From NCBI GenBank assembly GCA_010356995.1, contig ML996687.1:807803-871802 (forward strand): a DNA stretch of 64,000 bases, in the 5' to 3' direction. Under the pieces are notes generated by a model. The model saw only the letters and a program-made list of their open reading frames with translations, ran no database searches and had not been told where the DNA came from. How positions within the stretch are numbered: the stretch's first letter is position 1; the number at the start of each line of letters is the position of its first letter. The stretch is from Trichodelitschia bisporula. Lineage: Eukaryota. Shown here piece after piece: positions 13,430-26,178 of this stretch. The position numbers were made by a program, and so were the translations under genes.

Positions 13430-14937
13430 GTGAAGCTTCGCATGGCCGAATTGGAGTCATCAGTGCCTGACCACACTCCACAAGAAATTAGCATTTGGCC
13501 TTGGGCACAGATTGGAGTCGGCGTGGGCATACTGCTTGCTGGTTGAGGGAGTGAGGCTGGGCCTACCTTCTTGGCCATTCTAGGTGAAAGGCGAGGCTTT
13601 GGATGATGATGTGCGATGATTGATGGGAATAACGACGACCTTGAAATGCTGGATGAACTGGTGTGGAGTAGTATGCTCCAGATGTCGAGCCCGGGACACG
13701 AGGCCTTGGAACTCAATGTCTAAAATGATATTGAATGAGGAAGTCTGACTTGCGTACCTGCGTATCTCTATCTTACCAAGTCGCTGAGACGAGCAAATCC
13801 ATGCTTGGTATGCATTTTTTTACCCTTCAGAACTTGCAGGAACCTTTCCGGAGTGCTCTGCTAAGTCTTCGGCAGCTTCAGGCCTCAACTGCCCGCGAAA
13901 GACCCCCATGTAGACCGATAAACTTTGCCACCCAAATATCATATCCAGCCCAATCACGTCAAAGAGTGAGCAGCAGCCCTTTTGGGTGTAGGAAGTGCAC
14001 GTGTGAATATTCCCTCGCTGCTGCCCTAGCCTTCGAGGGCATAGTTCGACTCTTCAGTTCGTCCCGAAAGTCATCACTCTGCCGCGCCCAAAGATCTGAC
14101 AAGGCTTGCACGAGGCGGAAGGCGTGATCACCTCTCGGCAAACGGCGGCCCGCCGCCCGGCTCCTCCGATTGCATCACAGATTCGATCCTGCGCCTCGTC
14201 TCGCCCTACGATGGCGAAATAAGGTCCTTGATCCAACCACACCTGCGGATCACGTCTCTGCGGGTCGTTCAAAAGGCGTAGAGGTGCAGGCCGCGTGCTG
14301 AGGCGCAGCTGAGATGTGGCCGTCGCGCTTGGTTTGGAATGCGCGGTGCACTCCCGCGGAGCTACCACCGCGCTACGTACCGTAGTACGGTAGGTACCGT
14401 ACGGTAATGGGTGGGAGCGGTGATCCCGCTTCTGTGGCTGAGATTACAGTGGGGTGGCGAATGCACTTGTGGCGCGATTGATTAGGAAGGTGGGGGGGGG
14501 GGGGGGGGGGTTACGCCGTGTTGGTGTTGGCGGGATTACTGTGGTTCAATTTCTCCTCTGGGCTACATAGTTAGTCAAGGTATGTTCGGCTTTGAAATGG
14601 GGGGGACCTGGGCTGCGATATGAGGGATTGGGGCTCACCGAGAACCCATCGAGCCCGGCTTGTTCAATATCCGAAGTAGGCTTCAGCTCGCGGCCTGCCG
14701 AAAACCCGACTCTAGAGGGAATGGAATGTAATGTAATTTAGAGGTTCACTGACGTAGGAAACTGGATCTGATCCTCGGGAATGTTAAAATCTATGTTCTG
14801 GGGTGATCCTACTTGAGAGTTTACCATGTTGAACAACTCAAAATGTACGATTTTGAAACACAGATTGATTTTAGGTACATATTCTATCGCGAACTTTTTA
14901 GCACTCATCAAATATCGCACAACTCATCTCATGGCAT

Positions 14938-17900
14938 TCACGCAACCGCTCCTCTTCCTCCAACTCTCGCGAGTGCTTCGCTCTGTTTCGCCGTGAGCTC
15001 CACTTTGGGCAGCGCCACGCCAACCCCGCTTTCCGGATGCGGCAGGAAGCCGACCTCGCACAAGTAGCTCACGTACAAACCCACAAGCTCCTCCGTCACT
15101 GCTCCAGCTGACCGAATATCTTCTCCTGTGGTTCCCAGATATCTCCTGAGCGTTGCCTTAGCTTTGAGGTCATCCAAAGCGGGACTCTTTGAGTCGTTGG
15201 GAAGATCTGTCACGGCGAGGTGGTACAGTGGCAGCAACGCGTGCTCCGGGAGCTTCTTCTCAACTGTGTTCGCGACGTATTTTTGCAAGTTGGTCTTCCA
15301 GATGTCGTACGGTCGCTTCTTCACGTCGTAGCCAAACGTTGCAAGAGCGCTGAGATATTCTCCGAAGGTGGTGGAGCGGTTAGTCGCATTGAGAACAGAG
15401 AGGCGCTCGGGCGGGCTGGCAGCCGCTGCGACGCAAATACGAGCAACCCAGTCGACTGGCATCATGTTGATGTAGTTGTTACGGCCGAGGTCCGGATATG
15501 ATGCTAACTGAATGCAGCCCTTCAAGATGCGAACCTGAAGCCATGTGTCAGCTATGACTCTGAAGGTATTGCGCTTATATACGCACCAGGAAGTCGTCGG
15601 TAACAGTTGTTCCACGCTTGGATTCGCCGGTCACATAACCAGGGCGGACGATGGCTCCGCGCAAGCCGCGCCGTCCGGCGTCTCTCAACAGGCCTTCACA
15701 TACCCACTTGGACTGGCCATAGCCGGATGGCAGGCCCTTCGCGCTGCCCATCAAGTCATCATCTTCACTCAAGGGGAAGCCTCGCGAGGCATGACCACCG
15801 GCCGCAGGGTCTAGGTAGTACTCTGTATCAAGTACCGACGTGCTGGATACGAAGATCATCTGCTTAGCTTTGCCCGTGGCACACAGCTGGAGCAGCTCAA
15901 CCGTGGACAGCACGTTCGGAGGACGCAGAGTGGCATAATCAAGCACCCAATGCACCTGAGAAAGTTAGTACCTCCGAAAGAGCATGCAGTATGCAGCACC
16001 TACCCTTGCGCCATTGTGGATGATGATGTCAACCTCCTACAAGATGTTAGCAAAGTTTAATGAGGATCATAAAGCCGAACCTCACCTTCGAGAAAGTATC
16101 CCAGTTAGATTTACTGACACCGAGCAAAGGCCGCGAAAGGTCTCCACAAACGCACTCAATGCGATCGTCAATCGTCAATCCGTACGCGATGCAGGTGTTC
16201 TTGAGTCTTTGAAGCCCATCCTCTGCGCTCTTAGCACGAACGTGGACTATAATGCGACCAAAATTGGTCTTGTCGCGGACGAGCTGGTCAATGATATGAC
16301 TGCCCAAGAAACCGGTTCCTCCAGTGAGGAACACGGTCTTGGCGCCTGAGCGACTGAGAGATGCCGAGGGGAACTTAGTAGGCAGTTGACCCGCAAGGAT
16401 ATTGACATCATTGGAATAGTACTCCTCCTGCTCCGGAACATCATTCACTTCATCCACGGTATCCATGCGATACCCGATGGGGTCTTGAAGCCTGTCCAGT
16501 TCGGCCGAAAAGGACCGGAGCGTGGGATACTGGAACAATGTGCTAAGAGACACATTTGCACCCGGAAACTGCTTAGTGACATCCAGTAGCAGGTACTGAG
16601 CAATTAGGCTGTGTCCACCGAGGTCGAAGAAGCTATCCTCGGGGGCAATAGTACGCGCAGATACGACGTTGGTAAGGTGACGGGCCCAGATATTTGCTAC
16701 AGCCTTCTCCGTTTCAGACAATGTCGTCTGGTCATAGGATGGCCGCCGCATAGCGGATCTGAGCTGAGCAGGCTCCGGGAAGGGAAGGGCTCGCTTGTCA
16801 ACTGTGCGGTGTAAGTTTTTGAGCATATTCCATCTGGAATGGGTTTACCTTTGCCATTGGGGGTCAGGGGCATCTTAATGAGTGGCACCAAGACCGTGGG
16901 CACGGCGTAGCTCGGGAGCTTGCCCTTGAGATACTCCCTGATCTCATGGCGCAATCCTTCAAAGCGCTTGAGCAGTCCCTCCATTGATCCATCATCAGGA
17001 ACAACAAGCTCCGTCCGTCCCTTCTGTTGAAGCCATTCTTTCCACTTCGCCATCTCAGGTACGAAGTAGCTGACAAGAGTAAGCTCTTCATCCTTGTCGC
17101 GCCGAACGAGCGTCACATTCTCTCGGATAAGTTCGTGCCGCGACAGGTGAGTGTCAATTTCACCGAGCTCGATCCGAAAGCCGCGAATCTTCACCTGGTC
17201 ATCCGCACGGCCGACAACGGCGACGTTGCCATCCTGCATGTACTTCCCCAAGTCTCCGGTGCGGTACAAGCGATCACGAATCTTGAATGTCTTTCTCCAC
17301 GGCTCTTTGGCTAAAAGAGCTTCGTCATACAGCTTCTCCCATTTGTTCGGCTCGACGAACCAGTTGGTCACAAACTTGGCATTCGTAAGGTCTTCAAGTC
17401 CAAGATAACCATTTGCCAGACCACCAGCGCGAACGTATATTTCTCCGATGATCCCGAAATCACAAGTCTTGGTCCTGTCTTTCCGGTCCACGACGAGAAG
17501 CTGCACATGTTGCATTCCCTGCCCAGCTGGAATGACATCCGGCATGCTGTCCAAGAAGCTGGGGTCTGATGCCTTGCTGGGGACTTCAAAGTAACTGACG
17601 CTTCGCTGCGTTTCGGTTGTTCCGTACATGTTGACAATGTACACGTTGGGTGCAAGATCTTGAAGTTTCCGACAGTCACGCTTCAAGAGCAAGTCACCGA
17701 CGAAGAATACACGGTTCAAGCTAGGAATTGTAGTCGAGGCTCCGCCCACCAGGATTTGCCCCATAGCTGGAGTTAGGTGAGAGACGGTCGCACCTTCTCT
17801 GCGCATCCACTGAGCCAACTTCTCGTGCATGATGTCATCCCTAGACGGGATGAGCAGGGTTGCACCGAGGAAAAGAGGAGTGAAGACATCGCGCTGAATC

Positions 17901-18871
17901 GGGTCATGTGCAATCCCGGACAACATGGTAAAGCGGTCATTTTCGCTGAGGCTGAATCGTTCAGCCATCCAGGGGAAATATTTCGGCAGCGAATAGTGCC
18001 GTCCGGCAACGCCCTTAGGTCTGCCCTCCGAGCCAGAGGTAAAAGACAGCGTAGGCGTATCATCGGGCCCAATTTCTACGTCCGGGTTTTGCAGAGACTC
18101 AGGCTTGGGACCGATAAATGGATCTTTCCCGTCGATGGCATTTCCAGATAAAAGAGATCCGTCATCCTTAAGTTCAAGAGCCGGAATTTCAGTTCGCAGC
18201 TTGAGGTTCTCGTCAATAAACTTTCGAACACTGGTATCAAGAGGCCCAGCCTCCCGGGTGGCCTTTTTGATGATGATAAGCGCCCGAGGCTGAGCCACAT
18301 CCAGATAAATTATCTGACGATCCGGTGGATAGAGCGGATCAATGACTGAGAAGCTGTCACTTCATTAGCACCGCTGAATCCACCAAAGGCTAGACTTACG
18401 CCGCGCCCGCCTTCAAGATGCCCATGATGGCTATGGCCTGAGTGGATTAGCTCAGCCTCATGCTGATGGCAGCATATCACGTACAAGGTCAACGCCACGA
18501 TAGGCGTAGCACTACACAAAGTCATTGAAAGGGCTTGAAAAATTAGGGCGGCCATTACGTACCATGACAACCTCGCCCTTTTGGACGCCATTGTTGATCA
18601 GATGGTTGGCAAGAATGTTAGCAGCCTCGTGAATTTGCCTGTAGGTGAACTCCCGGCGGGAAGATGTAGCACTCGCAGTTTCTTTACGAAGTTAGAAGTA
18701 CGTCTATCAAGAGTATATCGTGGGCGGATACAAAGGCGTACCGATGATGCATAGCCTGTCGGGGTGAGCTGCAGCATTCTTATCGAAAAAATGCTGAATT
18801 GGTCCCCGAAAGTCGTCCCAATGCAAATCGGCCGTGGGATCCGGAAGGCCGACATGCTGAGAGGGAGACAT
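14938..18871 (-). CDS. LYS2: L-aminoadipate-semialdehyde dehydrogenase (alpha-aminoadipate reductase; A-T-R NRPS-like)
   Basis: Starts MSPSQHVGLPDPTADLHWDDFRG. A-domain motifs FTSGSEGRPKGV, NMYGTTE, YRTGDLG and GFRIELGEI. Carrier motif FFDLGGHS. Reductase motifs LTGGTGFLG and GYGQSKW. Ends VGGRGAVA*. Confidence 0.96.
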
Positions 18872-19431
18872 GTTTGATGGGGAATAGAAAGTGAACTGCT
18901 TGCAGACCAGCCGATTGTGTTATTATTATTTTTGACTTCGATGGCTTGGGGCGAGGACGAGAAAAGAGAATGATTGCGTCGACATCCAGTCATTCACGGC
19001 ATGTCGTGCCCATGTTGGCCTGGGAATTTCCCGGCCTGTGCCGAGGAAGCACCGAGCCAGCATTTGCGCCTCAACGGTGGCCACTCGAAAAAGTCGTAAC
19101 CGCTATTCCTCGGTATCTTTATAGATGGGGGCGGCCACAACCTTTTCGGCCGGTTTCCTAGCCCAAGTGAGCCACAGCCCCCCGGACGCCCTTTCCGTTG
19201 TACAGTACAGTACGTCGAGTATAATATATACCCAGAGTACGTAAGGTTACTACTACGTAGCGCCTTCCTTGCACAACCGATGAATGACAAGGGCCTGCAC
19301 GAAGGCGAACTGGAAGCTTTCCACTGGAACTGATTACCTGCAAATAAACGTTCTCCAGTGAACATCCTAACAGCATCTTCGATATCTTCGAAACGTCCTT
19401 TTGACCTCATCTCAAAAGCATTCAAACAAAA

Positions 19432-20726
19432 ATGGTGCTCCAGGCCATCAAATACAAACGAGGCGAGCTCGAGATCCTCGACCAACTTCGACTGCCCCAT
19501 TCCGAAGTCTACGATCGGATCACGTCTAGCAAAGATGCCTGGCACGCCATTAAGGAGATGAGGACGCGAGGAGCTCCCGCCATCGCAATCGTTGCAGCAC
19601 TTGCTTTAGCTGTCGAGCTGGATACAAATGCACTTTCTTCCATCTCTGAGGAGGTAGAAGTTTTTATTGTTGAGAAACTCGACTACCTCTCTACTAGCAG
19701 ACCCACCGCTGTTAATTTAGCAGACGCCGCCACGAAGCTGAAGATCATTGTCGCCGCAGCTGCCCGTAAATCGGGGTCAACCGGCGAGGATGTTCATGAG
19801 GCCTATGTGCAGGCCGCTGAAAAGATGCTGGTAGACGACGTGAGCGACAACGAAGCCATTGGGAAACACGGTGCCGAGTGGATCGCTAGCAACACGACCA
19901 GCGGACGGGTAGGAGACAAAGTCAGTGTTTTGACACATTGCAACACCGGGTAATGGTAATCCTTTCCCCCAATCTCCGCAATACTCATACCACCAGTTCG
20001 TTGGCGACCGCAGGCTATGGCACAGCATTGGGAGTGATTCGGGCATTGCACTCCAAGGACTCACTGCATCACGCCTTCTGTACAGAGACCAGGCCCTACA
20101 ACCAAGGCTCCCGGCTAACTGCCTTTGAACTTGTGCATGATGGAATCCCGGCAACGCTCATCACCGACTCTATGGCAGCTGCGTTGCTGAAACTGAGAGG
20201 AGAAGAGGAGCGGATTGCTGCCATCGTAACGGGAGCAGACAGAGTGGCCGCCAATGGTGACACTGCCAACAAAATAGGAACATACTCATTGGTACGTCAC
20301 CAAAGTCCTAGTGTCTAATTGAATTAGATTAGGATTGCTACTTACATCGTACCGCAGGCCATCCTCGCGAAGTACCATGGAGTGAAGTTTCTGATAGCGG
20401 CTCCACGAACAACCATTGACCTCAACACGGCGACAGGCGACAATATTGTCATTGAGGAGCGACCGGGTAAAGAGCTGACATTGATGCGGGGTCCGCGGTA
20501 TGATGGCGTATCTGTCGACAGATCGGCTATCGAAACCGTGTGCATCGCTGCCGACGGCATTGGTGTGTGGAATCCCGCATTCGATGTTACTCCTGCCTGT
20601 CTCATTGATGGCATTATCACGGAAGTGGGCGTGGCCGAGAAAGATGAGGATGGCAAGTTCAACCTTCGTGCGCTCTTCAATGTTGGTGGACTCGAGGTAA
20701 AGGCTCCGACGGTTGGGGGTGTTTGA
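19432..20726 (+). CDS. MRI1: Methylthioribose-1-phosphate isomerase (methionine salvage)
   Basis: [84 protein letters not shown]. Confidence 0.96.
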
Positions 20727-20872
20727 TGTGGACTACAAGCTACGGTACACTTTACGCCTGTTGGTATCCAGGAACGGTTAAAATCAAAGGAAACAGCTCG
20801 AGATATATGAGCTAATACAGGTTTCTGAGCGCTGTCGTATGCTTCTCATCGTGGGTGCCACCATGTCGAGCG

Positions 20873-21214
20873 CTATGCATCTCTGTTGCTGTCATGGGAA
20901 CCAGCAGCCGCAGTGTCTGCGTCGGGATCGACATGTGAATCGGCATCGGCGGCCTGTCCTTCCGACGTGGATTGTTCTCGGGCCAACCGCTCTGCTGTAG
21001 CCAGCAACTCTTCAATTTTGCCCTCTATGGCGTCCAGATGCTGCTCTAAGGCCGTTGCTGTCCGCTCTGCACGAGCGAGGTCCTGCAGGGCCTGACTAAG
21101 TTAGAATAAAATTGCATGTAGGGGCTGGACAGGATGCGCGGGCTCTTGACGTGCCTGGGAAAATGATGCATCCTGAGGTGGACTGGCCTTGCTACCATCT
21201 TGCTCAACATACAT
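20873..21214 (-). CDS. Small (92 aa) coiled-coil protein, two exons joined by a GC-AG intron
   Basis: Exon 1 (21214-21155) MYVEQDGSKASPPQDASFSQ. Intron 21154-21092 is gcacgt...ctaac...cag. Exon 2 (21091-20873) ALQDLARAERTATALEQHLDAIEGKIEELLA...RDA*. Confidence 0.7.
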
Positions 21215-21665
21215 TGCGGTGATCTTGGGGTGCGCAGTTACGTAGCTGAAAAGGAGTCGGATATGGTACGGTAGTTTAGAGGAGCAATGCCGCTATCAGA
21301 CTGTCGGCCCCATTATTATTAGTTTCTAGATAGCGTGGATAGATACTGTAAAACTAGTTGCCTGTGCTGCCGATGGAAGTCACATGTGTCAAGCCCAAGG
21401 CACCAACACCAGGCCCGCCGCGTCACCCGGACTCCCGGACCCCGGCCCCCGGAGCTTCACTCTCACTGTCTGGACTCCGCGATACGACCGTACACCTTCA
21501 ACTCTCCCCTACGCTCCTCACCTACCCCCTTTCGTCTTCACTTTCAGCAGCGCTCCATCTCCCAGCACATCTGGTGTCATTGCGTCTTTTGCCTGCATAA
21601 AGCTACAATTTTCCAGTATATCCCCTTCTGCCGCGTCTCCATCGTCCTGTAGGCTCCAGTTCGCC

Positions 21666-24600
21666 ATGTATTCAGGATCGAGTTCCTTCTTGGGCTCCAA
21701 TTCGGCGCGGCCCGGTCAGCAGCCTCAGTACGGTCAACAGCCACCGTATGGCCAGCAGCCTCAGTATGGCCAGCAACAGCAGTTTCTTGGGGCTCAGCCG
21801 ACCGGGTATGGGCAACAACCGCTGGCTCAGCAGTACACTGGCTTTCCTGGGTCGCAGCAAGGCTTCGCTCAACCGCAGCCGCCCCCGCAACCTCTCTCGC
21901 AGCAGTACACTGGCTTTCCTGGCATTCAGAACCAACCTCAGCTGCAGCAACAGCAGCCACCGCAGTTTCAGCAGCAGCCGTCGTTTCAATCTGCTCCTCA
22001 GCCGAACCTTGCGCCGCCGCCCCAGCAGCGTCCCCAGCCGACGGGAATGACCTCGTCTCAAATGGCCGATGCTTTGAGAGGAGCTGCGCCCCAAACTCCG
22101 GAGCAGTCTCATCATTCCCAGTCGTCCTCGTCGAAAATACCGAACATTCGCCTCTCCTTCATAACTGCCCAGGATCAAGCCAAGTTCGAGCAATTGTTCA
22201 AATCGGCCGTTGGTGGTGGATCGGCCTTATCGGGAGAACAAGCTCGTGATCTTTTGATGCGTTCGAAGCTCCCCGGGAGCGACTTGTCGCACATATGGTA
22301 TGATGAGATTTCCGCTCGCCGGTCAATCTAATGGCTTTAGGACGCTTGCCGATACCACCAAGTCAGGTCAACTGATGTTCCCTGAGTTTGCCCTCGCCAT
22401 GTACCTCTGTAACTTGCGACTCAATGGCAAGGATCTTCCTCAGTCTCTCCCTGAACGAATCAAGAATGAGGTGTCAAGCATGGTGGACATCATTTCTTTT
22501 GGTGTCCCCGATGATCGGCCTCCAGCCCCCCCCAAGACGAATATGCCGAGCTTCGAACAGAAAAGCACTCCAGCACCGCCGACCGTAGAACAACCGCAGC
22601 CTCAGCAGTCAAACAGTCAGCTGCTCGCTAGCCTGGCTGCTCAGCCAACTGGATTCCCGCCTCAGATGGCGGGCTATCTTGGCCAGGGGTCGTTCTCCTC
22701 TCAGCCGACCGGATTAGCGGCGCAGCCAACCGGGTTTCCATCAGGTCCGCAAGCTACTGGGTACTCGGGTCCCCGGCCACCAATGCCGCCTATGCCTACG
22801 GGGTTTGGCTCTAATCTGGGGCCGCAGCCGACGGGCCTTGCGCCAATGGTTGCGCAGCCTACAGGTATGCCCGGTCAGTGGGGGTTTGTTAATGCACCGT
22901 CCACTGGTTTGCCCAATATTCAAGCCCTACAACAGCAAATGATGCCGCAGCCTGGACGCGAAGGAGGCTTCTCTACTTCTGGGCTTGCAGGTAACGCTAC
23001 CGTTCCCTGGGCCGTGACAAAAGATGAGAAGAATATCTATGATGATCTCTTTAAAGCTTGGGATGGGTTTGGAAAGGGGTACATCACTGGTTCGCAAGCA
23101 ATCGAGATCTTCGGACAGAGCGGCCTCGAGAAACAGGACCTGGAGAAAATCTGGACCCTTTCCGATCAAAACGACAAGGGTCGGCTAAACATTGACGAGT
23201 TCGCCGTGGCCATGCATTTAATCTATCGTAAGTTGAATGGTTATCCCGTTCCAAACCGTCTTCCGGCCGAATTGATTCCGCCTTCTACCCGCAACCTCAA
23301 CGACTCGGTCGGAGCGGTTCGGTCCATGTTGTCTAGAGAGGGCGAAGAGCGAAAGAACTCGGGCGCATATCTGCAACCTCAGCGCACAGGCGTAAGCTAT
23401 CTCAAAGCACACTCTTTCCGTGCTGGCAGTCCCCTCAATGTTGGACGCAAAGACGCCACCGTGTTCAAAAACAACGACGATGATATTGGTTACAAATCAA
23501 GTGCCAGACATCGCATTGGGGCTGGTGGCCGGTCTCCATCGCCCGCTCAAAGCCAATCCTCTAGTCCTGTTTCCGGCGAGTTGAGTGTGGACCAGCTAAA
23601 AAAGCTGATCCATGAGAAGCAAGTGCTTTTGGAGGCGATTGACTTCCGCGACGAGAACCAGGAAGAAGAGGACGACGCATTGGATCGGAGGGACCGCCGA
23701 GATGCTGATGAGCTGTACCGCCGTATAAGGCGCGTTCAGGAAGATATTGTCAGCCATCCGCACGCCTCTTTGAAAAGCGGCGATTCTGCGGCTGAAAGAA
23801 GGACCCTTCGCCGTCAGTTACAGGGCTTGAACGATCGTCTCCCTGATCTCGCGTCGCAGGTCCGGCGATGTGAGCGGGCCATTGCTGATGCTCAACTTGA
23901 GTTGTTCCGGCTGCATGATGCCAAAGCGCACCCCCACTCCGCAGCGAATATCATTGGTACTGGCCCAGGCGGCACCATCACCGAGTCGGATCGACTGAAG
24001 GCGCGGGCCAAGGCTATGATGCAGCAACGCTCGGCTGCTCTCACGGGGAAGAAAATTGCGACAAACGATGATGATCCGACCGCTGCCGCGAAGCGCCTTG
24101 AAGAAGAGAGCCTTCGGGTTAAGATGGAGATGGAGACCAATGAACGCTTAGTGAAGGACGTAGAGGAGAGTGTCAACACATTCGGAAAGAGCCTGGAGGA
24201 CAGTCTCAAAGAAGGTGCCGAGGATTCCACATCGGAACATGAGCGCCGCAGGTGGGAAGATGGGCTTGGTGTGGAAGATGAGGTCCGTGACTTCATATTC
24301 GAGCTTCAGCGAAGCCATCAGGCCGTCAAAGCGCGCAAGGAAGAGTATGATAACGACGAGCTCCTTGTCCCGAATTTGCTAACATTTCCAGGCCAATTAA
24401 CTCTAGAGAGCGCTACAAGTCCCCCATCAGCCGTGAGGAGGAGGTGCAGAGGACTTCGACGCCTGTACGTGCTCCGTCTCGGCCGGCAACGACACCTCCA
24501 CGTTCCCAGACCGGTACTTCCGGATCTTACGCGCAATATCGCACTGCCGAAGAGCGTGCTGCCTTTATCAAGCAGCAGGCTGAACAGCGTATGGCCGAGC

Positions 24601-26021
24601 GCCTTGCGGCTCTTGGCATCAAAGCCCCTTCGAAACCTGGCGAAACACCGCAGCAGAGGCAGGAACGGGAGAAGAGAGAAAGGGAAGAGCGTGTTCGCCA
24701 GGCGGAGGAAGAAGATGCCAGGCGAGAGGAAGAGCGCCAGCGCCGACTCGCTGACGAACAGATCGTCCCGCCTACCACGGGCAAATCGACCGCGAAGAAA
24801 CCTCCGCCACCTCCTTCGCGGAAGAACAAATCGGAAGTATCTCAACCGGCTGAATTAGAGGCCCTGGCAACCGAGGGGCGAGTGCAGCGTGACGGTGAGG
24901 AAGTGCAAGACGCCGAGCGTACGCGTATAGAGTATGTGCCCCACGCTGTCGGTCTGGAAACCGCTCACAATCGCAGGGAGGAAGACCGGCGTCAAGAAGA
25001 AGAAATTGCCAAAGAAAAGGAAGCCGCTCAGGCAAGACTTCGGGCCTTGGAGGAGCAAGTTCAGCAGAGCAAGCTGAAGAAGGAGGAAGACAAACGCCGA
25101 AAACAGGCTGCCCAGCGGGAAGCCAAGGAGAAGGCTCGCCTTGCTGCTCAGCGTGCCGAACTGGAAGCCGCTCGAGAGCGAGAACGGCAGTTGCAGCTTC
25201 AACTCGAGAGCATTGGTGACGAGTCCTCTTCGGATGATGAGGGGCCTCAGGAAATCACGCCGCAAGGGACGACGCCAACCCAGAGCCAGGAGCTGCCCAC
25301 CCAGCCCCCACCTGCTCCCCCGCTCCCGCCATCTCTTCCCCTCTCCCAGTCCAGCCCGCCTGCCACGAGCCCGCCTCGCTCCACGATCACGAGCCCATCT
25401 CAGCGGGCCGCGGATGTTGAAACGAAGAACCCCTTCCTCAAGAAGCTTGCGACCCAGAACACGGAGCCCGTTGCCCCCACAATTCCAACACCCCCGCAGC
25501 AAGAGGTTTCCACAAATCCATTCCATAGGCTTACACAGGACAACACTCCGAAGCCCTTTGCCGAGACCGCCCCGGTTGTGCCTACTGGGCGATCCCGCGT
25601 TCGGCCGGAAGAGGATGACTGGTCGGTGGTAGAATCCGACTCCGATTCATCGGACGACGACGATCACGCTCCTGGTGGTGCGAAGCAGCTTGCATCGTTG
25701 CTGTTTGGAACCATGGCCCCCCCGCGGCCGCTTTCATCCATGGGGAACAAGAGCCCTGCTGCAGATAGCCCTGTTCCTACCGCATCTCCGATTCAGTCTA
25801 GTGGGCCTCCACCTGCCCCTCCGCTGCCAACCTTGGGCGCGCCTCCCCCACCCCCTCCGATGCCATCTGGTGGAGCCCCTCCTCCACCGCCCATGCCTGT
25901 GCCCCGCGCTGCGCCTGTGGTTGGAGCTCTGTTGGGTGATATACGCTCCGGAAAACCACTGAAGAAGGTTGAGACGAAGGACCGCAGCGCAAGCTCACTT
26001 GCGGGGAGAGTCCTCGGTTAG
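21666..26021 (+). CDS. PAN1: Actin cytoskeleton/endocytosis scaffold with two EH domains, QPTG repeats, coiled coil and C-terminal WH2
   Basis: [31 protein letters not shown], many QPTG repeats, [15 protein letters not shown] motifs, a polyproline run, and [15 protein letters not shown]. Confidence 0.96.
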
Positions 26022-26178
26022 CAGTGTTCAATGCTTTTGTTGACTCATATTTACACAGACTGTTCCTCGCCGCAGCGAAAGAGACCCAGATTTTGTCGCG
26101 AACTTAGATAGTCAAATGCAGTCCCTTACATCAAGTGTATTTCTTGTCTCGAAGATTCCCAGGTTCTCTGAACTGTCG

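Noticed and set aside
13427..13546. Read-through of the YTH stop adding a hydrophobic tail (...WAQIGVGVGILLAG*)
   Set aside because: TAG-G is not a leaky context and there is no conservation evidence.
14938..18871. NRPS-like A-T-R gene as the core of a secondary-metabolite cluster
   Set aside because: The motifs match the primary lysine-pathway Lys2, and the neighbours are housekeeping genes.
18872..19431. Gcn4/CpcA site in the LYS2-MRI1 promoter
   Set aside because: Only partial TGACT matches, with no TGA(C/G)TCA consensus.
21384..26031. Long antisense or alternative-frame ORFs over PAN1 (similar ones occur over SFH5, ODC and LYS2)
   Set aside because: Shadow ORFs expected from GC-rich, codon-biased coding DNA.
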